Shown here piece after piece: positions 15,132 to 22,245 of a stretch of DNA of 24,000 nt. Each line of letters begins with the position of its first letter. Positions within the stretch are counted from its first letter, which is position 1. The notes below the pieces were generated by a model. That model was not told the origin of the DNA, did no database searches, and saw only the letters and a list, made by a program, of their open reading frames with translations. The position numbers were made by a program, and so were the translations under genes. The stretch lies in the NCBI GenBank assembly GCA_015231605.1, contig JADGBG010000004.1, forward strand, positions 44,958 through 68,957. The letters run 5' to 3'. This stretch comes from Alphaproteobacteria bacterium (GTDB lineage Bacteria; Pseudomonadota; Alphaproteobacteria; Rhodospirillales; Magnetovibrionaceae).

Positions 15132-15581
15132 ATGAAGATCGGCAACGTCGAGCAAGGCCGGGGCGCGGATCGCGCCAAGCGCAAGGAGGGGGTGTCCAAA
15201 GGGGGATCGTCCTCTTTCGCCGACCAACTGCGCGGCGCCCATGCGGCGTCCGAAGTGGATGAAACCGAAAGCGCCCGGGTCGAGAGGACCGCCCCGATCG
15301 AAGGCGTCGACGCCTTGTTGGCCATGCAGGAAGTGGGAAACGCCACCGACGACCAGCCCCGCCGCAAGGCCGTGCGCTATGGCGAGGACCTGTTGCAACG
15401 CCTGCAGACCTTACAGGACGCCCTGTTGATGGGGGCCATCCCGAAAGATCGCCTCATGGCCATGGCGCAGCACATGCGCACCAGCCGGGTCAAGGTGGCG
15501 GATCCGCGCCTGAATGAAATTCTCGACGCCATCGAATTGCGCGTCGAAGTTGAAATCGCCAAATATGCGCGCGGCCGCTGA
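15132..15581 (+). CDS. fliX: Flagellar assembly regulator FliX
   Basis: It begins MKIGN..., followed by a low-complexity basic region. It then reads VDALLAMQEVGNATDDQPRRKAVRYGEDLLQRLQTLQDALLMGAIPKDRL...DPRLNEILDAIELRVEVEIAKY. This follows the Caulobacter FliX pattern (LLALQEV...RR.A...G..LD.L......LL.G, DP.L...L.EIE.RA.VELAK). It is divergent from flgE. Confidence 0.75.
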   Translation: MKIGNVEQGRGADRAKRKEGVSKGGSSSFADQLRGAHAASEVDETESARVERTAPIEGVDALLAMQEVGNATDDQPRRKAVRYGEDLLQRLQTLQDALLMGAIPKDRLMAMAQHMRTSRVKVADPRLNEILDAIELRVEVEIAKYARGR

Positions 15582-15747
15582 CGTCGTCGCCCCACGACCG
15601 CAATGGCGGATCCTCTTCTTCCGATAATTCCCCACAGCTCGCGTTTCATCGCCTTTAGCGCGATTTTTTTGCCCCGGGCGCGTATCCCCCCCTTGCGGTG
15701 ACGTGTCGGCTTCGCCTATATTCCGCCCAAATTTGGTTACTTGGGGT

Positions 15748-16176
15748 ATGGATAAGATTATGAACGTGACGCTTCCGCCCGATTACAAGCCCTCCGACAA
15801 GGAGGAGTTCATGAATCCGATGATGCTCGAATATTTCCGCCAGAAGCTTCTGGAATGGAAGTCCGAGCTTCTGAAGGAATCCAACGAAACGCTTGAACAT
15901 CTCCAGGAAGGCGGGATCATGGAACCCGACATCGCGGATCGCGCCTCCATCGAAACCGACCGTGCGTTGGAACTGCGCACCCGCGATCGCGCGCGCAAGC
16001 TGATCGGCAAGATCGACGAGGCGCTGGAACGCATCGCCGACGGATCGTACGGCTATTGCGAGGACACCCACGAACCCATCTCCATCCCGCGTCTGGAAGC
16101 GCGCCCCATCGCGACCCTGTCGATCGACGCCCAGGAGCGCCACGAGCGCATGGAAAAGACCCATCGCGACGACTGA
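15748..16176 (+). CDS. dksA: RNA polymerase-binding transcription factor DksA, Cys-poor (zinc-finger-degenerate) variant
   Basis: The sequence FMNPMMLEYFRQKLLEWKSELL...PDIADRASIETDRALELRTRDRARKLIGKIDEALERIADGSYGYCEDTHEPISIPRLEARPIATLSIDAQE includes the DxxDxA coiled-coil tip motif. Only the first of the four zinc-ligand Cys remains (CxxT...SxxA, versus CxxC-N17-CxxC in E. coli). An alternative start lies at 15760. Confidence 0.9.
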   Translation: MDKIMNVTLPPDYKPSDKEEFMNPMMLEYFRQKLLEWKSELLKESNETLEHLQEGGIMEPDIADRASIETDRALELRTRDRARKLIGKIDEALERIADGSYGYCEDTHEPISIPRLEARPIATLSIDAQERHERMEKTHRDD

Positions 16177-16199
16177 GGCCATGGCATCGCACAAAAAGC

Positions 16200-16233
16200 A
16201 AAAGGCCGGTGCGGCGATCGCACCGGCCTTTTT
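16200..16233. terminator. Bidirectional rho-independent terminator between convergent dksA and ibpA
   Basis: AAAA-GGCCGGTGCG-gcgat-CGCACCGGCC-TTTTT forms a perfect 10-bp GC-rich stem flanked by an A-run and a T-run, so it can terminate both strands. Confidence 0.85.
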
Positions 16234-16252
16234 CGTGAGCGCGCGAGGCGGG

Positions 16253-16714
16253 TCAGGCGGCCTTGTGCTCGATGGTCTTGCCGCGCGCGTCCGCGCCGGC
16301 GATGGCGATCTTGCGCGGCTTGAGCGCTTCGGGCACTTCGCGGGTGAGTTCGATGTGCAGGAGGCCGTTGTGCATTTCGGCCCCGCTGACCTTGATGTGG
16401 TCGGCGAGTTCGAAGCGGCGCTCAAACGTGCGGTTGGCGATGCCGCGATGCAGGTACTTCACATCCTCCGCCGGCTTGTCGATGCGGCCGGATACGGTGA
16501 GCTGGGTGTCCTGCACGGTGAGGTCGAGGTCCTCGACCCCGAAACCGGCCACCGCCATGGTGATGCGGTAGGCGTCCTCGCCCAGCACCTCGATGTTGTA
16601 GGGCGGATATGCGCTGGCGGCGTCGTCCAGGTGCGCCATGCTTTCAAGCTGGCGCTGCATCCGGTCGAAACCGACGGCGAAACGGTTGAGGGGGGTGAAG
16701 TCGATGGTGCGCAT
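16253..16714 (-). CDS. ibpA: Small heat-shock protein, IbpA/Hsp20 family
   Basis: The sequence MRTIDFTPLNRFAVGFDRMQRQLE...YPPYNIEVLGEDAYRITMAVAGFGVEDLDLTVQDTQLTVSG...YLHRGIANRTFERRFELADHIKVSGAEMHNGLLHIEL is nearly collinear with E. coli IbpA. A GGAG SD lies 7 nt before the ATG at 16714. Confidence 0.92.
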   Translation of the reverse strand: MRTIDFTPLNRFAVGFDRMQRQLESMAHLDDAASAYPPYNIEVLGEDAYRITMAVAGFGVEDLDLTVQDTQLTVSGRIDKPAEDVKYLHRGIANRTFERRFELADHIKVSGAEMHNGLLHIELTREVPEALKPRKIAIAGADARGKTIEHKAA

Positions 16715-16825
16715 GTCTGTTCTCCTATCTTGAGCAACATTGGGTTCGAAGTCGCCCGCTTTGCGGCGCGGCTTCCGCGTTTCTTGCACCGAATGCGGGA
16801 CCCGCGATCGGCATCCCTCGGTGCA
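16715..16825 (-). promoter_or_regulatory. ROSE-like RNA thermometer in the ibpA 5' leader
   Basis: The leader contains successive hairpins: UGCACCGA...UCGGUGCA, CGCGG-AAG-CCGCG and CCGC-AAA-GCGG. The final hairpin at 16719-16738 is GUUGCUC-AAGAUAG-GAGAAC. In it the conserved UUGCU motif pairs with the SD, leaving one bulged G opposite the SD, which is the defining ROSE feature. Confidence 0.55.
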
Positions 16826-16831
16826 GGAATG

Positions 16832-16860
16832 ATGTAGGTTTGGGATTTTTTCTTCGCAAG
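16832..16860 (-). promoter_or_regulatory. Candidate sigma32 (RpoH)-type heat-shock promoter for ibpA
   Basis: The minus strand reads CTTG-cgaagaaaaaatcccaaa-CCTACAT, against the alphaproteobacterial RpoH consensus of roughly CTTG-N17-CYTATNT. The spacing is one nt long and there is one mismatch in the -10 element. Confidence 0.4.
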
Positions 16861-16888
16861 GGATGAATGCGAAAAAAACGGGAAGGGG

Positions 16889-18886
16889 TTATTTCGGCTG
16901 GTCGGAGGGCGGCAGGCCGCTGGCGGCGGCGTAGGCCTGCTCCAGCTTCGGGCGCTCGGCTTCCGCCTCCGCCTGAATTTGCGTGATGTCGGCCTTATCG
17001 TCCCAAACCAGTTCATGCAAAAACGCCGGGCCGTCGATGCCTTTCAGGAAGAAGGGGCCGCGCTTGACGAATTGCCAACTCCCACCTTTCGCCATACCGT
17101 AAACGGTGTCGGATACCAGGACACGGCCTTCCTTGGACTTGTCGACGATGCGCGCCGCCATCTGCACGGTGACGCCATACAGGTCGCTTTCCTCGACCAC
17201 CACACGTCCGGCGTTGATGCCGACCTTCACCTTCAACGGGATGGCGGGCATCTGTTCGTTGTGCAGGCGGATCAGGAACTGCATCTGTTGGGCGCACAAC
17301 AGGCTGTCGGTGACCTTTTCGAAAGACGCCATGATGCCGTCGCCGGTGTGCTTGATTTCGTGGCCGTGCGTCTTGGCCAGCGCGTCGCGGACCACCTGAT
17401 TGTGGGCGCGCACCACTTCCTGGGCGGCCAGGTTGCCCTTTTCGTGGGTCATGGCGGTGGAACCGACGATGTCGGTGAACATCACCACCACTTCCTTTTC
17501 CGGATCATCGGGGGCCTTGGGCTTGTTCCATTCATGCAGGTGGCCGTCCAGGTTCTTGACCGTGGACTTGTCGCCGCCGAGGTAGCTGGACATGGTGCTG
17601 CGTCCGGCCTGGAACATTTGCATGTAGCGCGCGTCCTGAAGCAGATAGTCCTCGTAACGGTTGGCGAACGCGGCCGCGTGTTCGGGTTTCAACCCCATGA
17701 CGGAAAGGGATTCGGCGAGGATCTCGGAAATGGTCTGGCCGTCCAGATTGCGCGCGCCGCCCAAGGCCTCGGTCGCGCCGGCAAGGAACAGGTTCACGCC
17801 GAAGCGGTTGTAATTGTCCATTTTCTTGCGCTCGGCGGGCAGTTCGCGGATGGATTCCGCGAAGAAACCCATCAGCACCGTCTTTTGCGCCTGCGCCGCC
17901 GGGGTCAGCTGGGAATCGTCCTCCGGCTCCGGCTTTTCCTCTTTTTCTTCCGGGGCGGGTTCTTCCTTGACCGGTTTTTCCTGGGCGGGCTTTTCCTCCG
18001 CCTCGGGCGCTTCGTCCTCGTCGTTCTGCTTCTTTTTCTTTTTGCGTTTCTCCAGCGCGGCTTCCTTGGCGGTCAACTCGTCGATGGTGCGCTCTTCTTC
18101 GGTCTTTTTCGATTTCTTCGCCTGTTTTTCCTTGAGCTCCTTGAGGCCATCCTCGGCGTTGCGCTTGTTGCGCGCGTCGATGATGTCCTGTTCACGTTGC
18201 TCGGACGAGACGCGGGATTTGGAAGGGGCGCGCCCCTTGACTTCCTTGCGTCCCCTGCGCCCGATGCCCGGCGTGGGCAGGTCGATGTCCAGCTGGTCGC
18301 GCGCCATGAAGGCCTTGAAACTGACCAGCATGGACAACAGAAAGAACACGATGGCCGACACCATCAGCACGTTGGCGCGCACTTGGCCGTACAGATGGAT
18401 TCCGGCCAGGGTCTTATACGGCAGAAATGCCGACAGGATGCCGGTCAGGGTCGCGGAAATGGCGATGGAAAAGAGCAGCACCAGCATCAGCTTGACCACC
18501 ACGCCCATGCCGCCGGACAGCACGCCTCCGCCAGTGCCGGACGAGCCGCGTCCACCGCCGCCGCCCCCACCTCCGTCTAGCGCGCCGTCGCCGAAATCCA
18601 TGTCGTCCATTTTGCTCTGCGCCGCGCGCTGCATGTATTTATCGTATCGCGCGCCGCTGGCGGCCTGGGGCGTGGCCACCTTGCTCTTGAAGACGGTGTG
18701 TTCCTTGTGCATGCCGGATACGCTGTCGAATTCGTCGCGCACGACCTTGATGCCGCCGAGCCCCGGCATGGACTCCAGCATCTTCGCCTCATCGATGGCG
18801 TCTTCGCGGGCGCTGGCCGGGAACTGGGCGTGAATGCGCCACTTCCCCCCCTGCATCACGAGAACTTCGTAACTCGACGATCCCAT
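16889..18886 (-). CDS. Membrane-anchored class III adenylate/guanylate cyclase with N-terminal unknown domain, Gly-run, 2 TM helices and a K/E/P-rich linker
   Basis: The C-terminal domain (about 17006-17503) reads VVVMFTDIVGSTAMT...EIKHTGDGIMASF...VKVGINAGRVV...DLYGVTVQMAARI, carrying the class III cyclase metal-Asp, Lys and Arg motifs. The TM helices are VVVKLMLVLLFSIAISATLTGILSAF and VLMVSAIVFFLLSMLVSFKAF. Confidence 0.85.
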   Translation of the reverse strand: MGSSSYEVLVMQGGKWRIHAQFPASAREDAIDEAKMLESMPGLGGIKVVRDEFDSVSGMHKEHTVFKSKVATPQAASGARYDKYMQRAAQSKMDDMDFGDGALDGGGGGGGGRGSSGTGGGVLSGGMGVVVKLMLVLLFSIAISATLTGILSAFLPYKTLAGIHLYGQVRANVLMVSAIVFFLLSMLVSFKAFMARDQLDIDLPTPGIGRRGRKEVKGRAPSKSRVSSEQREQDIIDARNKRNAEDGLKELKEKQAKKSKKTEEERTIDELTAKEAALEKRKKKKKQNDEDEAPEAEEKPAQEKPVKEEPAPEEKEEKPEPEDDSQLTPAAQAQKTVLMGFFAESIRELPAERKKMDNYNRFGVNLFLAGATEALGGARNLDGQTISEILAESLSVMGLKPEHAAAFANRYEDYLLQDARYMQMFQAGRSTMSSYLGGDKSTVKNLDGHLHEWNKPKAPDDPEKEVVVMFTDIVGSTAMTHEKGNLAAQEVVRAHNQVVRDALAKTHGHEIKHTGDGIMASFEKVTDSLLCAQQMQFLIRLHNEQMPAIPLKVKVGINAGRVVVEESDLYGVTVQMAARIVDKSKEGRVLVSDTVYGMAKGGSWQFVKRGPFFLKGIDGPAFLHELVWDDKADITQIQAEAEAERPKLEQAYAAASGLPPSDQPK

Positions 18887-19064
18887 CCCACCGATCCCCG
18901 CCCCAGGCGGCGTGAGGTTGACTCATACGTGCGCTCCCGCGCGCGTCGTTCCACACACAGTAACGCCCATTTTATGAAAAGCATACTAAGTCTGGGATTT
19001 TAAGGAATATTAAACACGCAGAGAATGGGGGCATCGTTTCAAACGGCAACCCGGACACGGCAAA

Positions 19065-19092
19065 GGGGCGCACCGTCCGGGACGGGCGCCCC
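19065..19092 (-). terminator. Probable terminator hairpin after rpmE (weak U-tract)
   Basis: GGGGCGCACCGTCC-GG-GACGG(G)CGCCCC forms a GC-rich stem with one bulge. On the minus strand only TTTG follows it. It lies 30 nt after the rpmE stop. Confidence 0.45.
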
Positions 19093-19121
19093 TAAAATCC
19101 CGTTTCGGCAAGCCCGCTGGC

Positions 19122-19346
19122 TTAGCCTTTGAGGCCCAAGTTCTTGAAACGCTTGTTGAACTTGGCAAGCTGACCGCCGCTGTCGAGCAGACGATGGACG
19201 CCGGTCCAGGCCGGATGGGTCTTGGGATCAATGTCGAGCTTCAGGGTGTCGCCTTCCTTGCCCCAGGTCGAACGGGTCTGGAAGGTGCTGCCATCGGTCA
19301 TCACGACGGTGATCTCATGATAATCAGGGTGAATGTCTTGCTTCAT
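19122..19346 (-). CDS. rpmE: 50S ribosomal protein L31 (Cys-free form)
   Basis: The 74-aa sequence is [49 protein letters not shown]...[21 protein letters not shown] precedes it. It has no Cys residues, so there is no CxxC zinc ribbon. The 176-aa ORF in the track is an upstream read-through artefact. Confidence 0.92.
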   Translation of the reverse strand: MKQDIHPDYHEITVVMTDGSTFQTRSTWGKEGDTLKLDIDPKTHPAWTGVHRLLDSGGQLAKFNKRFKNLGLKG

Positions 19347-19497
19347 CACTCGGCTCCAAAAATGAGAGCGCTTATATAACCAAGCCCGCCAGGGGACGCA
19401 AGGAATTAAAAGGATATTCGCCCGATTAATTTTTGCCCCGCGCCCGTTGTGGGGAGTAAAATGGTCAAAACCACCGCAGTTGAAGGAAAATCCGCAC

Positions 19498-19824
19498 ATG
19501 GACGCCGCCGAATTCGAAACGCTTGCCGAAGAAACCCTGGAGAATCTGTTCGATTCCGTCGAGGACATGTTGGGCCTGGACGAGGACGCGGATTTCGCCC
19601 ATGGCATCCTCAACATCGAACTTGGGGACGGACGCAAGTACGTCATCAACAAGAACTCCGCCAGCCAGGAAATCTGGGTCTCGTCGCCGGTCAGCGGCGC
19701 CAGCCACTACGCCTTTGACGCCGACAGCGGCGACTGGCTCAACACCCGGGGCGGGGGCAATCTCGTGGAGACGCTGTCCACGGAATTGTCGCGCTTGACG
19801 GGGAACACGGTCTCTCTGGGCTGA
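19498..19824 (+). CDS. cyaY: Frataxin homologue CyaY (Fe-S cluster assembly)
   Basis: The sequence [25 protein letters not shown]...[43 protein letters not shown]...[25 protein letters not shown] is collinear with E. coli CyaY. A GAAGGA SD precedes the ATG at 19498. Confidence 0.9.
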   Translation: MDAAEFETLAEETLENLFDSVEDMLGLDEDADFAHGILNIELGDGRKYVINKNSASQEIWVSSPVSGASHYAFDADSGDWLNTRGGGNLVETLSTELSRLTGNTVSLG

Positions 19825-19828
19825 GACT

Positions 19829-21088
19829 TTAGTCCAGCGGCGCGTCGCGGTTTTCGTCGGCGTCGTCCGGGGCCGCCGTGGCGCTGCCGGCGGCGGCCTG
19901 CAGGGCGGCGGTTTTGGCGTCCTGATTGTCCTTGAGCGACCCGATGGCGAATGCCGACACCACCACCATCAAGCCCATGCCCGCGAAGTAGGGCCAGTCC
20001 ATGCCCAGTTGCGCGAACAGAACGCCCGCCCAGGCCGGGCCGACGACCCGCGCCATCGTGGTGGCGGAGCGGGTCACGCCCATCACTTCCCCTTGTTCGG
20101 CCGCCGACGTGCGCAACGAGATCAGGCTGTTGAGCGCGGGATTCATGACGCTGAATCCGTAAGCCACCAGCAGCATCGCGCCCACCAGCATTTCCGCGTT
20201 GTCGCAGAACGGGATGAGCCCCAGGCCCAGCCCCAGGGTGACGGACCCTTGAACGATCAGATTGCCCTCGCCGAACCGGCGGGCCATGCGCCCCACCAAG
20301 CCGCCTTGAAGGATGACGGAAGCCACCCCGATCAGGGCGAACAGGAAACCGTTTTGTTCCGGCCCCCAGCCCAATCGGCGGCTGGACCACATGGCGAAGG
20401 TGGTTTCCATGCCCGCGAATACGAACGTTGCCATGAATGAGATGGCGAGCAGCATGCCGAGGCCGGGCCGTTGCAGATTGTGGCGGATCATCGTCCAACG
20501 GCTGCGCCGGGGCGCCCTGGCCATGGCCTTGCGCATCTCCGGCGGCAAGGATTCCTTGAGCAGCAGAACCGTCAATACCAGCGCCAGGGCGGAAAGACCC
20601 GCGGCGGCGAAGGCCGGGGTCTGGTAATCGGCGGTGAGTGGATCGGGGCCCGCCAAAAGCCCGCCGATCGCCGGGCCCGCGATGAAGCCCAGTCCGAACG
20701 CCGCGCCCACCATTCCCATGCCCTTGGCACGGTTTTCCGGCGTGGTGACGTCGGCGATATAGGCGAACGCGGTGGAAATGTTGCCGGCCATCAAACCGCC
20801 CAGGATGCGCGCCGCAAACAGGATCCACAGCGCATCCGCGAACCCCAGCCAGACATAGGACGCGGCCGCGCCCGCCAGGGTGAGGATCAGCACAGGACGC
20901 CGCCCGATGGCGTCGCTCAACCGTCCCCAGAACGGCGCGGCGGCGAACTGCCCCAAGGAATAGGACGCCATGATCAGCGACACCGTGAACGGATCCGCCT
21001 GGAAGTGTTCGCCATAGAACGGCAGCAGGGGAATGACGATGCCAAAGCCCACGAGGTCGATGAATACGATGAGAAAAAGAATCAGCAT
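19829..21088 (-). CDS. MFS transporter, TetA/DHA1-like (12-TM efflux type)
   Basis: The sequence FIDLVGFGIVIPLLPFY...ASYSLGQFAAAPFWGRLSDAIGRRPVLILTLAGAA...ARILGGLMAGNISTAFAYIADVT...GAAFGLGFIAGPAIGGLL parallels the TetA class motifs (G.LSDR.GRRPVL, motif A/C). The substrate cannot be inferred. Confidence 0.85.
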   Translation of the reverse strand: MLILFLIVFIDLVGFGIVIPLLPFYGEHFQADPFTVSLIMASYSLGQFAAAPFWGRLSDAIGRRPVLILTLAGAAASYVWLGFADALWILFAARILGGLMAGNISTAFAYIADVTTPENRAKGMGMVGAAFGLGFIAGPAIGGLLAGPDPLTADYQTPAFAAAGLSALALVLTVLLLKESLPPEMRKAMARAPRRSRWTMIRHNLQRPGLGMLLAISFMATFVFAGMETTFAMWSSRRLGWGPEQNGFLFALIGVASVILQGGLVGRMARRFGEGNLIVQGSVTLGLGLGLIPFCDNAEMLVGAMLLVAYGFSVMNPALNSLISLRTSAAEQGEVMGVTRSATTMARVVGPAWAGVLFAQLGMDWPYFAGMGLMVVVSAFAIGSLKDNQDAKTAALQAAAGSATAAPDDADENRDAPLD

Positions 21089-21142
21089 GCCTGGATTTTC
21101 ATGGTCGTTCGGGGAGACGAATGCGGGACTTATAGCGCGCCG

Positions 21143-22231
21143 TCAGCGCTGTGTCAGCTTGAGTTCGATGCGCCGGTTGCGCAGCAGGGCTTCCGGGGTC
21201 GCGCCGCGTGAAAGCGGTTGGTATTCGCCGAAGCCCGCCGCCACCAGCCGGTTGGGGGGGACGCCTTGCGCGATCAGGAACTTGACCACTTCGATGGCGC
21301 GGGCGGTGCTGAGCTCCCAGTTGGACGCGAACGCGGCGGTCTTGATGGGAACGCGGTCGGTGTGGCCGTCAACGCGCAGCACCCAGTCGATGTCTTCCGG
21401 GATCTGATCCTGCAGGGCCGTGATGTGTTCGGCCAGACGGCCCAATTGTTCGTGCGCGCCGACGTTGATCCGCGCCTCGCCGCTTTCGAACAACAGTTCG
21501 GACTGGAACACGAAACGGTCTCCGACGATTTCGATGCCTTCCTGCGCGCCCAAAATCTTCGCCAGACGGCCGAAGAACTCCGAGCGGTAGGCCGAAAGCT
21601 CCATCACCTTCGACGCCAGCGCGGCGTTGAGGCGCTTGCCCAGCGACACGATCTGCGCGTTCTGTTCCTCGGCCTTGGCCTCCGACGCCTCCAGCGCCTT
21701 GTTCAGCGCCGCGATCTGGTCGCGCAATTCCGCCGTCTGGCGGTTCAGCAACGCCACCTCGGCGCGCGCGCTTTCCGAGAGTTCCTGCTCCGCCAGCAAC
21801 GCCTTGGACTTGTCGTCGACCTGGGCCGCGAGCTTGCCGATGTCGGCTTCCAATTGGCTTTTCAGCGCCTCCAGCTTCACCACGTCGCCGACCAGCCGGG
21901 TGATTTCCGCCGCGCCGTTTTCCACGTCCAGCTTGAGGCGGTCCGTTTCGGCGATGCTGGCCTGAAGTTCGCCGGAAAGCCGGCTGACGTCGCCGCGCAG
22001 GTTGGCGTTGGATTTCTTTTCCAGCGCCAGCAGGTCGACCAGTTCGGCGACTTCCTTGTCCAGCTTCTCCAGCGCGCTTTCCCGGCCCGACAGCGCCTCG
22101 CCCAGAAAGAACTGGGCCAGCACGAACACCAGCAGCAAGAAGATGATGACCATCAGCAAGGACGCCAGCGCGTCCACGAAGCCCGGCCAGATGTCGGAGC
22201 GATGGCGGTTGCGGCGGGCCAGGGCGGGCAT
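21143..22231 (-). CDS. MotB-family protein: N-terminal TM helix with conserved Asp, roughly 170-aa coiled coil, C-terminal OmpA/MotB peptidoglycan-binding domain
   Basis: The segment SDIWPGFVDALASLLMVIIFLLLVF can be compared with E. coli MotB [20 protein letters not shown]; the Asp at residue 20 sits at the equivalent position. Residues about 45-215 are heptad-like and E/L/A/K-rich. The C-terminus reads LRVDGHTDRVPI...SNWELSTARAIEVVKFLIAQGVPPNRLVAAGFGEYQP...NRRIELKL. A GGAGG SD precedes the ATG. Confidence 0.8.
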   Translation of the reverse strand: MPALARRNRHRSDIWPGFVDALASLLMVIIFLLLVFVLAQFFLGEALSGRESALEKLDKEVAELVDLLALEKKSNANLRGDVSRLSGELQASIAETDRLKLDVENGAAEITRLVGDVVKLEALKSQLEADIGKLAAQVDDKSKALLAEQELSESARAEVALLNRQTAELRDQIAALNKALEASEAKAEEQNAQIVSLGKRLNAALASKVMELSAYRSEFFGRLAKILGAQEGIEIVGDRFVFQSELLFESGEARINVGAHEQLGRLAEHITALQDQIPEDIDWVLRVDGHTDRVPIKTAAFASNWELSTARAIEVVKFLIAQGVPPNRLVAAGFGEYQPLSRGATPEALLRNRRIELKLTQR

Positions 22232-22245
22232 CGGGGGCCTCCCGC

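Noticed and set aside
14940-15649. Minus-strand ORFs (152, 106, 90 and 74 aa) overlapping the flgE-fliX intergenic region and fliX
   Set aside because: They lie opposite the FliX frame or cross the promoter region. They have no motifs, and the flgE N-terminal extension to 14956 lacks an SD while 14848 has one.
15693-15721. TTGCGG-N17-CTATAT upstream of dksA as a sigma70-type promoter
   Set aside because: It is a plausible but weak match to either hexamer and cannot be distinguished from background by eye, so I do not report it as a feature.
17897-18244. Repetitive-looking GAA/AAG/CTT-rich DNA that might suggest a tandem repeat or CRISPR-like array
   Set aside because: It has no regular repeat-spacer periodicity. 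It is the in-frame coding sequence of the K/E/P-rich linker of the cyclase.
16979-18833. Plus-strand ORFs (533 aa and 339 aa) opposite the cyclase gene
   Set aside because: These are antisense shadows. The F/L/G-rich runs are simply the complement of the K/E-rich linker codons.
19347-19652. N-terminal extension of the rpmE ORF to 176 aa
   Set aside because: L31 is about 70-75 aa. The conserved MKQDIHP start has a GGAG SD at 19346. The extension would run antisense through the cyaY start region.
19707-20828. 373-aa minus-strand alternative frame within the MFS gene, and plus-strand ORFs in 20009-21211
   Set aside because: The products are Arg/Gly/Pro-rich off-frame translations. The 419-aa frame (19829-21088) has unmistakable TetA-like MFS motifs.
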